Shown here: piece after piece, positions 11,290 through 26,682 of the stretch
How the letters are laid out: each line of letters starts with the position of its first letter
Position numbering within the stretch: the stretch's first letter is position 1
Assembly: GCF_009914755.1 (NCBI RefSeq)
Contig: NC_060927.1
Direction: 5' to 3' (one strand)
Source of the DNA: the human T2T-CHM13v2.0 reference genome, Homo sapiens
Length of the DNA: 64,000 nt
Notes under the pieces: generated by a model
Databases searched by the model: none
Seen by the model: the letters and a program-made list of their open reading frames with translations, nothing else
Told to the model about the DNA's origin: nothing
Position numbers and translations under genes: made by a program

Positions 11290-14200
11290 ACCAAATAAAC
11301 CTTCCTACCAAAAACCACATTGAAATATGGGCTAAAATAATATAAACACCTGCTAAAGCGCTAAGCATCTGACAAACTGAAAGACAACTCCTGAGACCAA
11401 AAACAAAGAGGGATCTGAATCCAGAGGAGTGAGTATGTGGAGTTAGCCCAAGAGCGGAAGCCGCAGTAGCCTGAACATGGGGAGGGTTCCTGGTTTCCAT
11501 AATGCAGGGTCCTTGAATTTTATGCCCAGACAGGACCAGGAGATGAAATAACAAACAGAGTTGGAATTAAGACATCTCACCAAACCAGAAATCTCACAGG
11601 GCTATAAATTCAGTGAAAAAGTAAACAAAAATAAAAAACTATTTACTAGCAAAGGAAAATAACAGGAAAAAATATTTTTTTGACATGTTCTGGGCACTGA
11701 TAGAAAGAAAGTTAACTTTAGGAACTTGCAACTAGGAATGTGTCTCTGTGAATAGAGAGTACACTCTGTGTAGAATGTGCATTTATCACTATCAGTCTCT
11801 AGGAATTATAAAAATGGGTTCTGGCCTGTCAATGCCTCTGGGATACCTGGAAAAAACAAACAAATAAACTTTCTAGGGGAGGCACACCCTCAACTCGGGA
11901 TACCCATGATTCAGATAGAAAATGCACTGCTAAATTAGCTTATAATCCAAAATTGTAAAACACATCAGGAAAATCTCCTCAGTAAACAAGAGTTGGCATA
12001 TAAAACAAATAGTAGTATTCAACTCCTAAAACTTTCCAATAATAAAACTGTCAGGAAAATTGCAGAATAAATATTTTAAATGGCTAATCATAAAAGGAAT
12101 AGAAATTATAAAAATGAGCAAGACACTACAAATGAGTAACAGAAAAGTTTCAAAAGAACAAAGTGAAACATCATTCTTTAATAAAAATTCAGTGAAGTAA
12201 ATGAAACAAAATCAACAAAAGATATAAGGTTTTTATTTCCGAAGCTTAATGGTAAGTTCCTAATCATTCACTACAGTATTCTCTATATTGTTTGTGTGTT
12301 TTAAAAATAGTTAATAAAAAAAAATAGAAAATTAAACTCAGGTTAAACATATTAGACATAACTAAAGAGATAATAGACATAAAAGGATGTGAGGGAGGTG
12401 GGAATGGTTAATGGGAATAAAAAATCAGAAAGAATGAATAAGATCTACTATTTGATAACACAATTGGGTGACTATAGTCAATAATAATTGTACCTTTTAA
12501 AATAACTTAGAGGTGTAATGGGATTGTTTGTAACTCAAAGGATAAATGCTTGAGGAGATGGATACCCCGTTCTCCATGATGTGCTTATGTCACATTGCAT
12601 TCCTGTATCAAAACATCTCATGTAGTCCATAAGTATATACACCTACTATGAAATCACAAAAATTAAAGATTAAAAATAAAAAAGGAAATATTTGAGAGAA
12701 AATTACCCAGAATTTTTAGAGAAATCGAAGAGATGAAAAATGTGAAACAGTGTCAAAGAATATGTAAGATAGAATAAGTAGGCCCAATATATGTCTAATA
12801 GGAGTTCCAAAAAATGAAAATAGAACTTTGGAAGATGCATTAGCTGAAAAGATAACAGCAGAGGATTTACAAGTATTGAACAAAGCTGTAATTCAGAATA
12901 TACAATTTTTATGGGCAAAATAAGTAAATATAAATCCAAACCTAGAAACCCATTGCAGAGCTCCAAAACACCAAAGTGAAGATCTAAAAGTATCCAGAGA
13001 GAAAATCCAGGCCACCTACTAAGGAATGATAATTAGATTAACTATAGATTTCTCAACAGCATCCATAGAAAAAGAAGACAAAAGAATAATATCTTTGAAG
13101 TCCTGAAAGTAAACAGTGGTCAACCTTTAATTCTTTACAAATCTAGACCATTACACGAGTCAGACTGAAATAAAGACCGCTTCAAGGAAAGTCAGTCGCA
13201 GAGTTTTCACTAACAGCCACTTGCTCAAAAAGTCATAAAAAATGGACTTTAGAAAGAATTTTTAACCCAAAAAAAGGGCTAAAACACATGAAAGAATGAT
13301 AATCAAATAAAATTGTTTAAAGTGTGGTGAATCTAGATAGTAATTAACTATAAAATCAACAATGATGGTAATTGATAACTATAAATCCAGGCAAATCTTA
13401 AATATTCAACAATAAAAATGTACAAAAGAGAAAAAACACATTCTAAGCTTCTTCTGTTGTTCAGGAGAACACAAGAAGACTTTAGAAGAACACAATCAAG
13501 ACCTTGTTAAGCCAAACATGCAAGTTAAAATGTTAAGGCTGATCTTTAAAAGATGAAAGCAGAAGGCATGAATTTCAAATGGTAAATGAACAAAAATGAA
13601 TAAAAATAATAATCAACATAAGGCAGTAAAAATAGAAAAAAGCATAGAGAAAGCAGAATAAAAAATAAGATGGAAGAAATAAAACCAATTACCTTATTAA
13701 TCACAATAAATGTATCTGAGTTATGCTACATTGTTTGTGTGCTTTAAAAAGTTTTAATATAGAAAATTATAGAAGGAATAGAACTGAAAAGACAGATGAA
13801 CACATTACACTAAAAAAAATCCATTGCACATTGTTTATATCAATAGATAATTCATAAAAAGGCAAGGCAAAAGATATATAAAGATATGAGTAAGTGCTCA
13901 GCCTTGTTGGTATTCAGGGAATTGAAAGTTAAAACAATAATGGTATCCCATTTAACAACTATCAGATGGGTAAAACCTTAAAATTCTTACTATTATCAAC
14001 TGTTGTGGACCAATAACAACTTCTTACATAATTGGTAGAAGTACAAACTGGTACAATCACTTTAAAAAGTTTGGCAAAATCTAATAAAGTTAAAAATATT
14101 CGTACCTTCAACTTAGCAACATTACTTCTAGGTGTATGTCTCAGAGAAACTGTTGAACAAGTATACATACCCGTATATTCAGAAATACTTATGATAGCCC

Positions 14201-14690
14201 AAATTTGTAATGATTTAAAAAGTAAAACTATAAGCAGCAAGTGTACAGCACCAGCAGCATGCAATGACATATTAAGGTTTGATGGAATACTATGCAACTG
14301 GTAACATGAATGAATTACAATTACATGCATAAAGACAAATTTCAGAAACGTTGAGCCAAAGTCAAGTTTCAGCAGAATATGTACAATATGATATTATTTA
14401 TACAAAGCTTAAAACTTGTAAAACAACATTATGTGTTTTTATAGAATCCTGAAGGGATACTACAAAAGAGATAAATGCAAAGTTCAGGAAGGAAGAGGAA
14501 ATGTGGTCAGGGAGGAGGACACAGTAGACTAAAACTGAATATGTTATGTCTTATTTCCTTTAAAAAAATATGTGAAACAAACATACAAAATGTTAAAATT
14601 AAACAAAGTAGCTGGAGTGCCCATGAATTTTATTGTATCAGTGTACTTTTCTTTATGGTTGAAATATCTCATTATTTTTAAAAATACACA
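11290..14690 (+). mobile_element. Ancient L1M/L1ME remnant (5' region, ORF1-like and 3' parts), fragmented
   Basis: A-rich plus strand. ORF1-like motifs atatgtctaataggagttcca and agatttctcaacagca...aatatctttgaagtcctgaaag (12.7-13.2 kb). L1ME-like 3' region at 13.9-14.7 kb (aaactggtacaatcacttt...ttggcaaaatctaataaagtt). Confidence 0.7.
12385..12685 (+). mobile_element. L1MA (about L1MA1-3) 3' end inserted in older L1
   Basis: gaaagaatgaataagatctactatttgata...ggataaatgcttgaggagatggatacccc...acacctactatg followed by an A-rich tail. Confidence 0.88.
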
Positions 14691-14749
14691 CAACAACTCA
14701 CATATAGTCTGCTTATGAATGAGCTAGGTCCCAAGAACCCCTCCTAAGA

Positions 14750-14815
14750 AAAAGAAAATGAGGAGAAGGAGAAAGGAGAAGGAAGAAGAGGAGAAGGAGA
14801 CAAGGGAGGAGCAAA
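14750..14815 (+). repeat. GA-rich low-complexity tract
   Basis: aggagaaggagaaaggagaaggaagaagaggagaaggag. Confidence 0.8.
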
Positions 14816-14854
14816 ACAAGTTTAACTGTGTGTCCAAGACCATATGGCTAATAG

Positions 14855-15641
<787 letters not shown>

Positions 15642-17369
15642 TCATCTCTTTGTGAGTGCACCTTGATTCATGTCAAACCTTCTTTCTTTCCACCAAGTTT
15701 CACTCATTTTTCACACTTCCTAATCCCAGAAATCAGAAGCAGGCATCATGGCACTGCAAAAGAATCAGAATGAATAATACTATGAATTTTAATGAATAAA
15801 GGCAGATGGTACCGTTCTCAGAGTACCACCTTCTTAATAGTTTGCATCTGAAAATTTGCACTGTTTTCACTGTGGAAATAATCTAATAACACCTTCAACT
15901 TATGACTCAATAAATTAATAAGTATTTGCCAAGTGCTTTCTCAGAGCCTATGATTGTGCTCAGAGTTACATGATCTGGGAATAGGAAGAAATTATTAATC
16001 AGTGATGCTGACGAGACTGAATGGGAAAACATTGCACATGATGAAAACTTAGGAAGGGAAAACAAAGTCCTAAGGCTTTAAATGTGTAAACAAAAGAAGA
16101 GTTTGAACTTGAAAAAAATGCCAACTGTATACAAACTAAGATATACTCATCTCAGGAAAATTTATTCCAAAACACAAACATTCATTGAAAATGAAAAATA
16201 GGCTGAAAGGGATTGGGGAGTGATAGATAAGAATGAACGTCGGTGATAAATATGAATAAGAAATGAAATCTCAACATGATATTCTAACAAAAAGGGCCAT
16301 TGCTTTTTTGTCGCTGTTTTGATTACATAAGAAAAGGGACTGTGTCCAGGAAAAAGCAAATGATCATTTATCTTTTAAAAACTGATTAAACTGTACCAGA
16401 ATGCACACTGAATTGGTGACAACTTGGGAACTATTAATAAATAAAAGAAAGAAAATTGTTCTGCATTGGACGATCCAACTGGCTAATGGGAAGGCATCTC
16501 GGAGTCAACTAACATTTATTCAGTGCCCAGCATGGGCTCAGCTCTGTGCTGGGTCAAAGGTACAAAGAGCCTCCAATCTACTTTGGTTTCACTCTTGACT
16601 GGAATCAAAGAAAAGAGTATGCATTAACTTTACTAGTTTTATCTCTTGACAGGAGTAAAAAGCTTCCCAAGAAGCACAAGTCACATACATGTTTTCCTAA
16701 TTTGCTTTTAATCTCAAGAGTTTACAAGTTGGCTAACTCTAATGCACAAGTCACATCTGTAATAGCAGCCTTCATCTCCACTGCCGTTGTCAAGAGGGCT
16801 CGGAAATATAAAGTGAGTGATTAAGAAGAAAGCCCCTTTACTGTTAGAATCAACAGTATGGTATGTTTGGAAGGCTGCCTAACAGCTCTTCCCTCAGTCT
16901 CTCTGCTGTTGTTAGAATTTGCTCTTTCAAATCAAACTGCTCCTCCACCAGGCCCTGCCTCTTCTCCCTGAATGCAACAGGGAAAGGTAAAAGGTTTCAA
17001 TATGCCTCTAACCAACAGCACAGTGCCATTTATGGTGGAAATTTTCCTCTCAGCCTCTAACAAAGTACAACATGGGATATTAGCCATTACTATTCTCAAG
17101 CTAAGACAATAAAGGAAGCTACCCGCCAGAGCCTAATGAAGTCTCTGTGTGAACTAGGAGATAGTGGTACATCAGGGAATGAAAATACAAAACAAAACCT
17201 TGCACAGATACAAGATAGAGAGGTGGCTCTGTGTAGGCAAAACTGGAAAAGGCAGTCTAGAGATAAGCATGGATCTCAGTTTAACCAGAAAATAGCCACG
17301 TGGCACTTGAGTTTAAACAGCTTTAAAAGACTAGTTCAGTTCCAAGTTTAACAATCAACAAGAGTTCTC

Positions 17370-17570
17370 ATGGCCAATGCTTACATACCAGGCCCTGTGC
17401 TAAGTGCCTTGCAGACATTAACTCACTTCATTATTCAACTACAACCCAATTATCATCATCCTCATTTTACAGATAGGGAAATACAGCAGAGAGAGATTAA
17501 CAAACTAGTGGAGGGTCACGGGGCTAGTAATCCTGCAGAAGTAAGATTTGAAGCCAGTCTGATTAAAGAA
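17370..17570 (-). mobile_element. MIR
   Basis: ccaggccctgtgctaagtgcctt...catcctcattttacagatagggaaa...gatttgaagccagtctga. Confidence 0.8.
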
Positions 17571-17666
17571 GTTATCCATAGTTACATCACACTGCCTGGG
17601 ACACTTGGGAGTACAGCATGGGGGCCAAAAATAAAAGCCACAAAGATGAAGGAAAGATGTCTTTAA

Positions 17667-18121
<455 letters not shown>

Positions 18122-18609
18122 TGAGAGTTATGAGGTTAACTTAAACAAGTTGGTTTATTTATGCTGAAAAAATAAAATGGAGTATCTCCCTGGAGGAGAA
18201 AGAGAAGAAAGGAGGGTATATTTTTATTCATTTGAAACCCTTGCATTCCAGAAATTTGCTTGAAATGGGCACATGGATTTTAATACAATTGCTTAGGCAG
18301 TTTAAATGAGTTATTCCAATTAAAGTATTAACAATTCAAGATAGGCTTGCACTTGTTTGCATATGTTTCATAATTGTAAAAAAAATCATAAAATCCATTA
18401 TCCTATACTGCTTTATGTTTCATAGGCAACAATAGCATGTTTGGCAGCGGGATGGAGAGGGGATGTATGTTGCATAAATTAATGTATAATGCCAAGTAAA
18501 AAGAGTAGAAACACTTCTTGATTTTACATGATTTTTTTTGTCTTTTTTTTTTTTTAATGTCTACCCACTTCCCCAGCCTGTATCAGGATCTCAGCAGACA
18601 ACTAAGTCT

Positions 18610-19190
18610 GCTCATCAATGCTCATCATGTATCAGACACTATGTGAGGTGCTGGGGACACGTGGTTCCTCCCCAAAAGAGGCCACGACCTCATAGTACAG
18701 GGATGATAAGTATAGAAATAAGCAAAATATAAGGTAGAAATAATAAACTCAAAAAAGAGGAGGAAATTGGCCATGGAAATTCAAAGGACAGAAAGATTAT
18801 ATCTGATGGAAGATGTTCTGAAGAGATTTCTAATAGTAAACTGAGATTGGATTGGAGCTTAGGTAGAATTTTGACAGGGAAAAGGTATTCCAGGAAAGAG
18901 AATCATCATGAATGAAGGCACGATAGTGGGGAAAGATAGTGTATATTTGAGAAACATCAAGAGGCATAATTATGGTAGAAGTGACCAATACAGTGGAAAA
19001 AGCAAGCTGAAGCCATATTGTAGAAGATCTCAAAGTTTTAAGTTCTGACAAAGATAGCTATCAAGGTTCCCATGCAGAGGAGTGGCAAGGTCAGAGATAA
19101 TATACTGTAGAAAAATCACTATGCTAGTAGTAGAATGGAGGGTGAATTGAGTAAAAAAAGAGACCTGCAGTAGACAGTTGAGAAGTTTTC
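18610..19190 (-). mobile_element. L2 fragment
   Basis: cagacactatgtgaggtgctggggacac...ggtattccaggaaagagaatcatcatgaatgaaggcac...aaaatcactatg. Confidence 0.7.
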
Positions 19191-20451
19191 ATACCAAAGC
19201 CATATCCTCAGCCCTAGCCAACTACCATTTCAAAGGCCTGCCTTTGCCCACAGAAGAGATAAGGCAAGAGAACATAAAGGAATTCATGGGCTTACCCTTA
19301 CAGGAGAAAGCCAAGTTCGTATGAAGTAGTGGGTGAAGACGGCTGCTATATAGTGAGCCTGTGAAGGAGAATCTGTCATCTGTCCTTAAATTAATAGCTT
19401 CCTCTTCACCCTGTGCTTATACTTTCAAGCTCAGATCATCTCTTCAGATTCTGTTTCTGACCCTCATCTCAGTTTTGCTGTCTCTGAGTTTGCCCCTCAC
19501 TTAGTTTTTATCTCTGTCTAGTCCCTGCAAATCGATACTACGGCTGACCAAACTCCTAGACTCTTCATTCCAATGTTGCCCTGGGATGGTGCCTTCACTG
19601 TACACTCTGAAACAAAGGGCCATTCCAGCCCCCACCCTTATCCAGGCCAGGCTCTAAAACCCCTTAGGACTGGAGCCCCAGAACCCCACTTATCAGAAAA
19701 GATTGATAGACGCTGTTACTTTGGAGGAGAAGCACTTTGCAAGTCTCTGAACCTCCCAGGCTTTATGGAAAAAACTGAAATCATCTTAGTGATAGTAGCC
19801 AGAATCATTAACTCATAAAATTTTAGAACAGAAAGGATCTTTGAAGATCATCTGATCTTCTTTGTCTTATCCAGAAATATATATATAAATATTTTAATAA
19901 AATATACATTTATATATTATAATCTATTACACATATATTCATATATGTTAAATAGGTTATTCAAAGTCATACAAAGTGGCAACCAGACTAGCATCTCTTG
20001 ACTCTCAATCCAACAAATGTTTGTCAGTAGTTAGAATGTATAAAATGTTATCAATCTAAATTACAGATGCAATCAAGACCACAGTGACTACATAATTTTT
20101 ATCCACATCCTAAAGCACTTTATTATATCACCCTGCATTGCTCATTAATAGTTTCATTCAATCATCTTGGCTTTCCAAATGGATTGAATTGTTGGAGGTC
20201 AGGGACTAGATTGTCTTCTTGCATCTCCAGCTGCCCAGCACATTTCTTTATTTTTCTTTTTCATCTTTTTACTTTGTGTTGGTAATTTTGATATATTAAT
20301 ATTATACTCTTAATGAAGTAAATGAGAACGAATATTATCATCTACCACCAGCACCAGCAATTAAGGAAACCTGCCGTTTCTCATCTGTAGATGAGAAAAC
20401 CAGCTGTTGAATCATTTCCAAGCAACAATAACTAATGCTTCGTTGAATTGA

Positions 20452-20791
<340 letters not shown>

Positions 20792-21642
20792 CCCATTCTT
20801 TATCTGTAACAAAACTGCAAGTATAGAGGGAGTTCTCAATCTAGAATCTGGTACTTTGGACAAAGTAGAAGTCACTTCCCCTTTAACACTCACAGAATTA
20901 ATGGCCTCAGTGTGGTTTCCCCAAAGGTAGGGAGAACTAATGCCAAAATTGTTGAATTTTGGAAAATCTATCACATGAAAAGATTGACAAGTAGTGGTCT
21001 GAACATTTTCCTCCACTTCTAAACCAATATATGCTCGGAAATCCAGTAGCAAAAAAAAAAGAGTAATTTTTACAGAAATGTTAAAAGAGATTATTAATAA
21101 ATATTAGCACTAATCATATTTACTATTACTATTGTATTCCATTTTCCTACAAATTGCTCTGAACGGCTTCATGGTTAAATATAAAAAAACAAATAAACGA
21201 ACAAAAACATCCCAGCACCTGCAGCATTTGAAAGTAGAATTTGCTAGGGCATAAAACCAGTGAGTTATTTGTCATGCAGCTTAATTCTGTCATAAAATGC
21301 TAATCAGCCTTTCTGTCACTTTGCTCTTGCCCCATATCTTTTTATGAGAACATTAACATGGTTATTACAGAGTAGAGACTCTTATGGCTACAAATATACT
21401 TACCATTTATGTATATTTTTGTTCACAAAAAAAGATGCCACCAAGAGTCCCAGACTCCTAGTTAACCATAATCCTAGTTTCTAGCATGAGGAGCTTGAGT
21501 CTGCCATGCCATCTGGATGGTGGCATCAGGTGGCCAGGGTCAGCTTCCTTTTGCTCAGGTCTTTGTGCTAGAGTCAAACTATGAGCCTTTCTTCCCATCT
21601 TAGTACAGAGCAACTGAGACTTCCTTTATGGAGTGGTTAAAC

Positions 21643-21671
<29 letters not shown>
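21643..21671 (+). repeat. Poly-A mononucleotide run (A29)
   Basis: Seen directly; no parent element recognised upstream. Confidence 0.95.
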
Positions 21672-21674
<3 letters not shown>

Positions 21675-21957
21675 TATATTTTAGGTGGCTCTAACAGTTT
21701 CTGCAATAGAAATATGGACCCTGGAAGCTCGTTTCCTAAGGGGCTTTTCAGAAATTGAACCAGTATGCATACCAAAAATCCTCCTCTGACAAACACACAA
21801 TCAACATTCCAAGGCAACTCACTGATGAGTGGCTGTAGGACTGCATAATTCTTTCCAATACTGGGCCTTTACTAGGGCTGTCAGGCATTTCATATCTCAG
21901 TATCTTGCCCTGTAGAGGCCAGGAATATGTCCCGCAAAGATATGTTTTATCACATAT

Positions 21958-22145
21958 GGGCTTTGAACTCAGGGAGTTCTGAATCTGAATCTTGGCTCCA
22001 TCACTTACCGTGTCTGTGGCTCTTGTCAAATTATTTGTCTTTTCTGAGCCTCTGGATTTTTTGTTATTGTTTGTGAAGTTGTTGCAAAGATTAGAAATAA
22101 TGCATAAAAACACTTGCTACAAGGTAATTGTAACTATTATTAATA
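21958..22145 (+). mobile_element. MIR
   Basis: gggctttgaactcag...tgaatcttggctccatcacttacc...tctgagcctc...gttgcaaagattagaaataatgcat. Confidence 0.8.
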
Positions 22146-24319
22146 TCTTTATAGCTACTATTATTGTTGACTTTTGATCAGAACCAAGTTTGGTGTTCAA
22201 TTGCATTAACTATTCTAGTAAAATTCCCTCTGTTCTTCACCTAAATTTCTGAGTTCTCTGTCTACATTTTAACTCTACTATTTTGCATGTTTCAATTTGG
22301 GCTGCCTCAAGTTTTCCTTGAAAGTAAAGTACACATTATAAGTAAATATTTTCATTGTCTTGTCCAAAAAAGTAAAGCAAAGAGCGTCTCCGATGTTCCC
22401 GATGGTTTAATCTCTGCTTTTCTATCCTAACCAAGTGTCAAGGAAATCAGTCTTCAGAGCCCTGCTCCTTCTCCCCAGTTAGTCACCAGTCTAGAAATCT
22501 GTATCTAAAACCTACTTTGCATAACACTCAGACATTTGAATCAGTTATTCTCATGTTTATTTATTAAACGTAATAGCTCTAAATTTGGATGAAAATGGGC
22601 AGAATGAAGCATGATTCATCAGTCATTCTCATGTTTAGTGACCTGCAAGCAAACTCTTCAGATGATTAAAAACATTTTCACTTTCCATCTGTATATCTTT
22701 GGGATTATACAGGCCCATCCCAAAGTATAATAATAAGGATAATGATGATAATGATGCTGATAAGCCAATTAACATATCAGGAATTTCCAGAGTTGCCAAG
22801 CTGATTGGATCAAAGGTCCACAGCAAACAGGCCTGCGTCTTTTGTAACATTTCTCCTTTGCTGCCACCTGGCCCCTCATGGAGGCAGTGTAAGAGCATCC
22901 TAGTGGGGAAAGCTTGCAATGGAGCTGGAGACACTCTGAGCTTCTCCTTGCAGGTGCCAGTCTCTCCTGCCAATGGCTGTGAGATGTCCAGGCAATCAGA
23001 AGTCAATTGTCATCAAGAAGAAAATTCCTGTCAAGAGCCACTTAACTTGTGTCACTCAGGAGGAAAAATCAATACCAACAATCTCAGGACATTACTGATT
23101 GGAGGAGTCTCCCCATCCCCTCTTCACTCACACTAAGTAGCTATGTGGCTGCACTTACACAGGTAGTAAAAGAAAAAGGAAAGTGCAGTTCCAACACTGA
23201 GCAAACAACAGCCTCACCCCAAAGCCTAGTTCATCACTCACTCCCTGACATTGTATCCAGTCAGGAAGAACAAGGAAGGAAAATTTCAGCATGTAAGTTT
23301 TGAATGAATTTTATAATTTCTTATGTATGTAAATTCTTTTCTATTCTCTATTTACTATCTCACTCTCCAAATGCAAACTGAGTTCTCCTTTCTTTTTTCT
23401 GCTTTTTTTAAATTCATGAACGCTCATTAATGGCTCACAAAATGTGATGCCTTACAGACTGGAGCTGGCATTCTGTCCTGGTTCTGACCTGTGCTCAGTA
23501 GAGACTGATTAGCATCAGTAATAATAATAGGACAGGGTTGCAGGCTGCTTAGTACAGGCAGATGAACAAGTATCCAAGTAAGCAGACCTTATGGGGGGGG
23601 CGGTGGGGAAGAGCTGTTATGTATTACTGCATATTCTGGCCTTGTAAAGAACTACTTCCTTTGTAGATCAACGTCAGCAAAATTTGCCTCCTCCAAGAAT
23701 TACCCAACATTTTTATGGATATTAGAGAAAAGGTGCTGTGGAAGGTTGGGGTTTTTTTTTTTTTTTTTTTTGGTCATGGTTATTTTGTTTTTATAAACCT
23801 TTTGGTAGCATATCTACTCTCTGTAAACTACCTTTGAGAAAACCCCAAATACATAATATATTTAATACCTTCCTTTAGATATGGCAAAAACACAATCTGG
23901 AATGGATGGCTGTTCTGATCAATCCCGGTAGCTCTGAACTTGGATGAAAATGGACTGACTAAAGTAGGATTCAATAAAAAAAAATTATATATATATATAT
24001 ATTTCCTGGTTTGAAAAAGAAGTGCTTAAGAGTTTGGCTTAGTTCTTATTGAACTGTCAATCACCACAACAAAACCAAATAAAAAATGTTTTGGTACAGA
24101 TGTTCAAGGAGAAAATGAATTGCTGAAATTTTGATAACTAGTATTGGCAAAGTTGCCAAAAAAATCTGAAGTCACTGCATACTCCAGCTGATGACATGAC
24201 ACTACCCTAGGTGGAAGACAGTAGAGGGCAGGGCAACCAAGTATTAGTAACTACAGAAGTTATGGAGAACAGGACACCAACAATCAAAAGATATTGCATC
24301 CAAAATATTATCTCTGTAA

Positions 24320-24480
24320 GAGACTTCAGAAGAAATTATCAAATCCAAACTCATTGTCTTGCAGAAGAGAAAACAGGGATTCCGAGAGGCTTTGGCCTGA
24401 GAATACCCAAATTCATAGCAGAAATGTAATTATTAATATAACTCAGGTAGCATGATCCCTAATCCAGGGCCTTCTCACTA
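24320..24480 (-). mobile_element. MIR fragment
   Basis: aaatccaaactcattgtcttgcagaagagaaaacaggg...aatccagggccttct. Confidence 0.5.
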
Positions 24481-24789
24481 TGTCACCCTCACCATGGAGT
24501 GTTAGAGGTGAGGAACAGGCAGGAGGAGAGTGTAGACAATGGTTCCTGAAGCCCCCAGGGACTAAGATCCACAATTCAATTCCTGTGCTGCATGAACAAC
24601 CAATCTCTTCATTCACAAGAGGAAATAGTGTTACCTATTTGAAAGGAAGACAATGTAAAGGCTGCAAGTCAAAACAAGAAACCATAGTAATGAACATCGC
24701 AAAAAAACAGACCCTAGAAACTGAACCTGCAGAACCTGCTTTTGTATTTCCTTAAGGAAATATTTGCAAATGGTATTTTCTTTACTGCG

Positions 24790-25720
24790 TATCTTTATCA
24801 GGTTAGTTGATTGTTATTTTTAATGTTTTTATTTATAATACAGTTCTTGAATTTATTAGTTCCATTGTTTTTCTGTTTATGACTTTCTTAATTTCTTTTT
24901 CTTCCTTTTTTTTTTTTTTTCTGAGATAGGGTCTCACTCTGTCACCCACGCTGGAGTGCAGTGGCACAATCACAGCCCACGGCAGCTCCTGGGCTCATGC
25001 AATTCTTCCACTTAGGACTTTCTTAATTTCTGAACTTATTTTGTTAGTTCTTTTCTTCTGTTTTACTTAGTAGTTTTTAGTATTTTCAGTTTTTCTACTT
25101 TCATAGAGAGCATTACTATAAATATTTAAGACTGCTTTCTTTTAATTTGATGAGTTTAGCTTTAATTACATTCCTCATATTCTGATACACAATTTATTAT
25201 GTTAATTTTCTGGATATTCTCCACTTTCAGTTTTGAGTTCATTTTTAACCTAAAAAGGGTTTAAGAAAGAGATTTTAGTTTACTAATGTCAGAAATCTTT
25301 GTTTTCTGGTTTGTTAATTAATCTTTAATGTTATTGTGTTAGATTCTGAGATGGCTTTCTATAGTTTTAAAATTTTTTGGAATGTTTCTTTAGGGCCTAA
25401 TATAATTCTACTTTTGTAAATGTTTCACAGTACTTGTTAAGAAGATTGTTTCTCTATTTTCAGGGTATGGTGCACTGTAGATTGATGTAGCTATATCAGT
25501 TAGAGCTACGTTGTTAATTATGTTTTCTAGCTCTTCTGCATTTTTACTTACTCATTTGTCCACTTAATTTGTTGATGCACTGAGGGGAAAGCTATTTAAA
25601 GTCTACTTGTACTAATATGTTTCAGTCTACTTCGCATTGATAGTTTTTGCTCTATTTCTTTTGATGCTATGTTATTTGATTGAATGAGTATTAAATCTTT
25701 ATTAAGAATAGTATCTTCAT
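24790..25720 (-). mobile_element. Ancient L1M fragment
   Basis: T-rich tract with L1 antisense motifs (ttttgtaaatgtttcacagtacttg...aagattgtttctcta; tttgatgctatgttatttg). Confidence 0.65.
24897..25015 (-). mobile_element. Truncated AluJ/FLAM monomer
   Basis: Poly-T plus gagatagggtctcactctgtcacc...ctcctgggctca. Perfect 16-bp TSD gactttcttaatttct at 24881-24896 and 25016-25031. Confidence 0.9.
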
Positions 25721-26162
25721 GATTTTAACATGTCCTGCAATACCAACCAGGGGAGTTCAGGGTTGTTTGCATATAAATAAGAGAAGGAGGACAATAGTTG
25801 GGAAATTGAGTGACATTAGAGAACTGAGCTTTACTTGTGCTGCCTCCTAATTTATAAAGCTTTCCCCACACTACATAACCAAGGTCTCTTTCCCTTCCAC
25901 CAAAACTTCCAAACATTTGGGTAGTATCCCTTTCAAGGCTATTAAAACCCCCTGCCTTATGATAATTTAAGAGCAAGTTTAAAAACTTGCTGTAAAGCTG
26001 GACACTCCTTTATCGTTATGGTCCTTGCAGCACTTAGCACATTTCATTGCTTTGAATCTAGCAGATGCTTAATAAATAGCCGATGAACTGAATTGATTCA
26101 TCAAAATGAGTTCATCAAAATGAACCAATAATGCTTTCTGTGACTTTCTAAAATATGCTTCC

Positions 26163-26682
26163 TGTATGGGGGTTCTCCAGAAGCAGAACCAAAAGAATGT
26201 AGATACGAATTATAGATATATGTTACATTGATTGATAGAGAGAGAGAAATTTACTATAAGGAATTGACTCACGCAATTATGGAGGCTAGGAAGTCCCCAG
26301 CTCTGCAGCTGGCAAGCTGAAGACCCAGGAGAACCAATGGTACACTTCCAACCTGAGCCCGAAAGCCTGAGAACCAGGGGAGCTTATGGTAGACATCCCA
26401 GGCCAAGTCAGAATCTAAAGGCAAGACAAAACCCATGTCCCAACTCAAAGATGGGCAGAGAGAGCAAATTCTTCCTCATTCAGACTTTTGTTATATTCTG
26501 GCCTTCAACGATTGGGTGAGGCCTACCTACATGGGGTGGGGGAAATGTGCTTTACTCAGTCTAGTGACTCAAATGTTAATCTCATCCAGAAACACCCTCA
26601 CAGGCACATCCAGAGTAATGTTTAACCAAACATCTCAGCACTCCACAGCCTGGTCAGATTGACACACAAAATTAATGTCACA
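26163..26682 (-). mobile_element. MLT2B-type (ERVL) solo LTR
   Basis: gggttctccagaagcagaacc...ggaattgactcacgcaattatggaggct...aatctcatccagaaacaccctcacag...ttgacacacaaaattaa. Flanks cttcc/ctccc. Confidence 0.9.
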
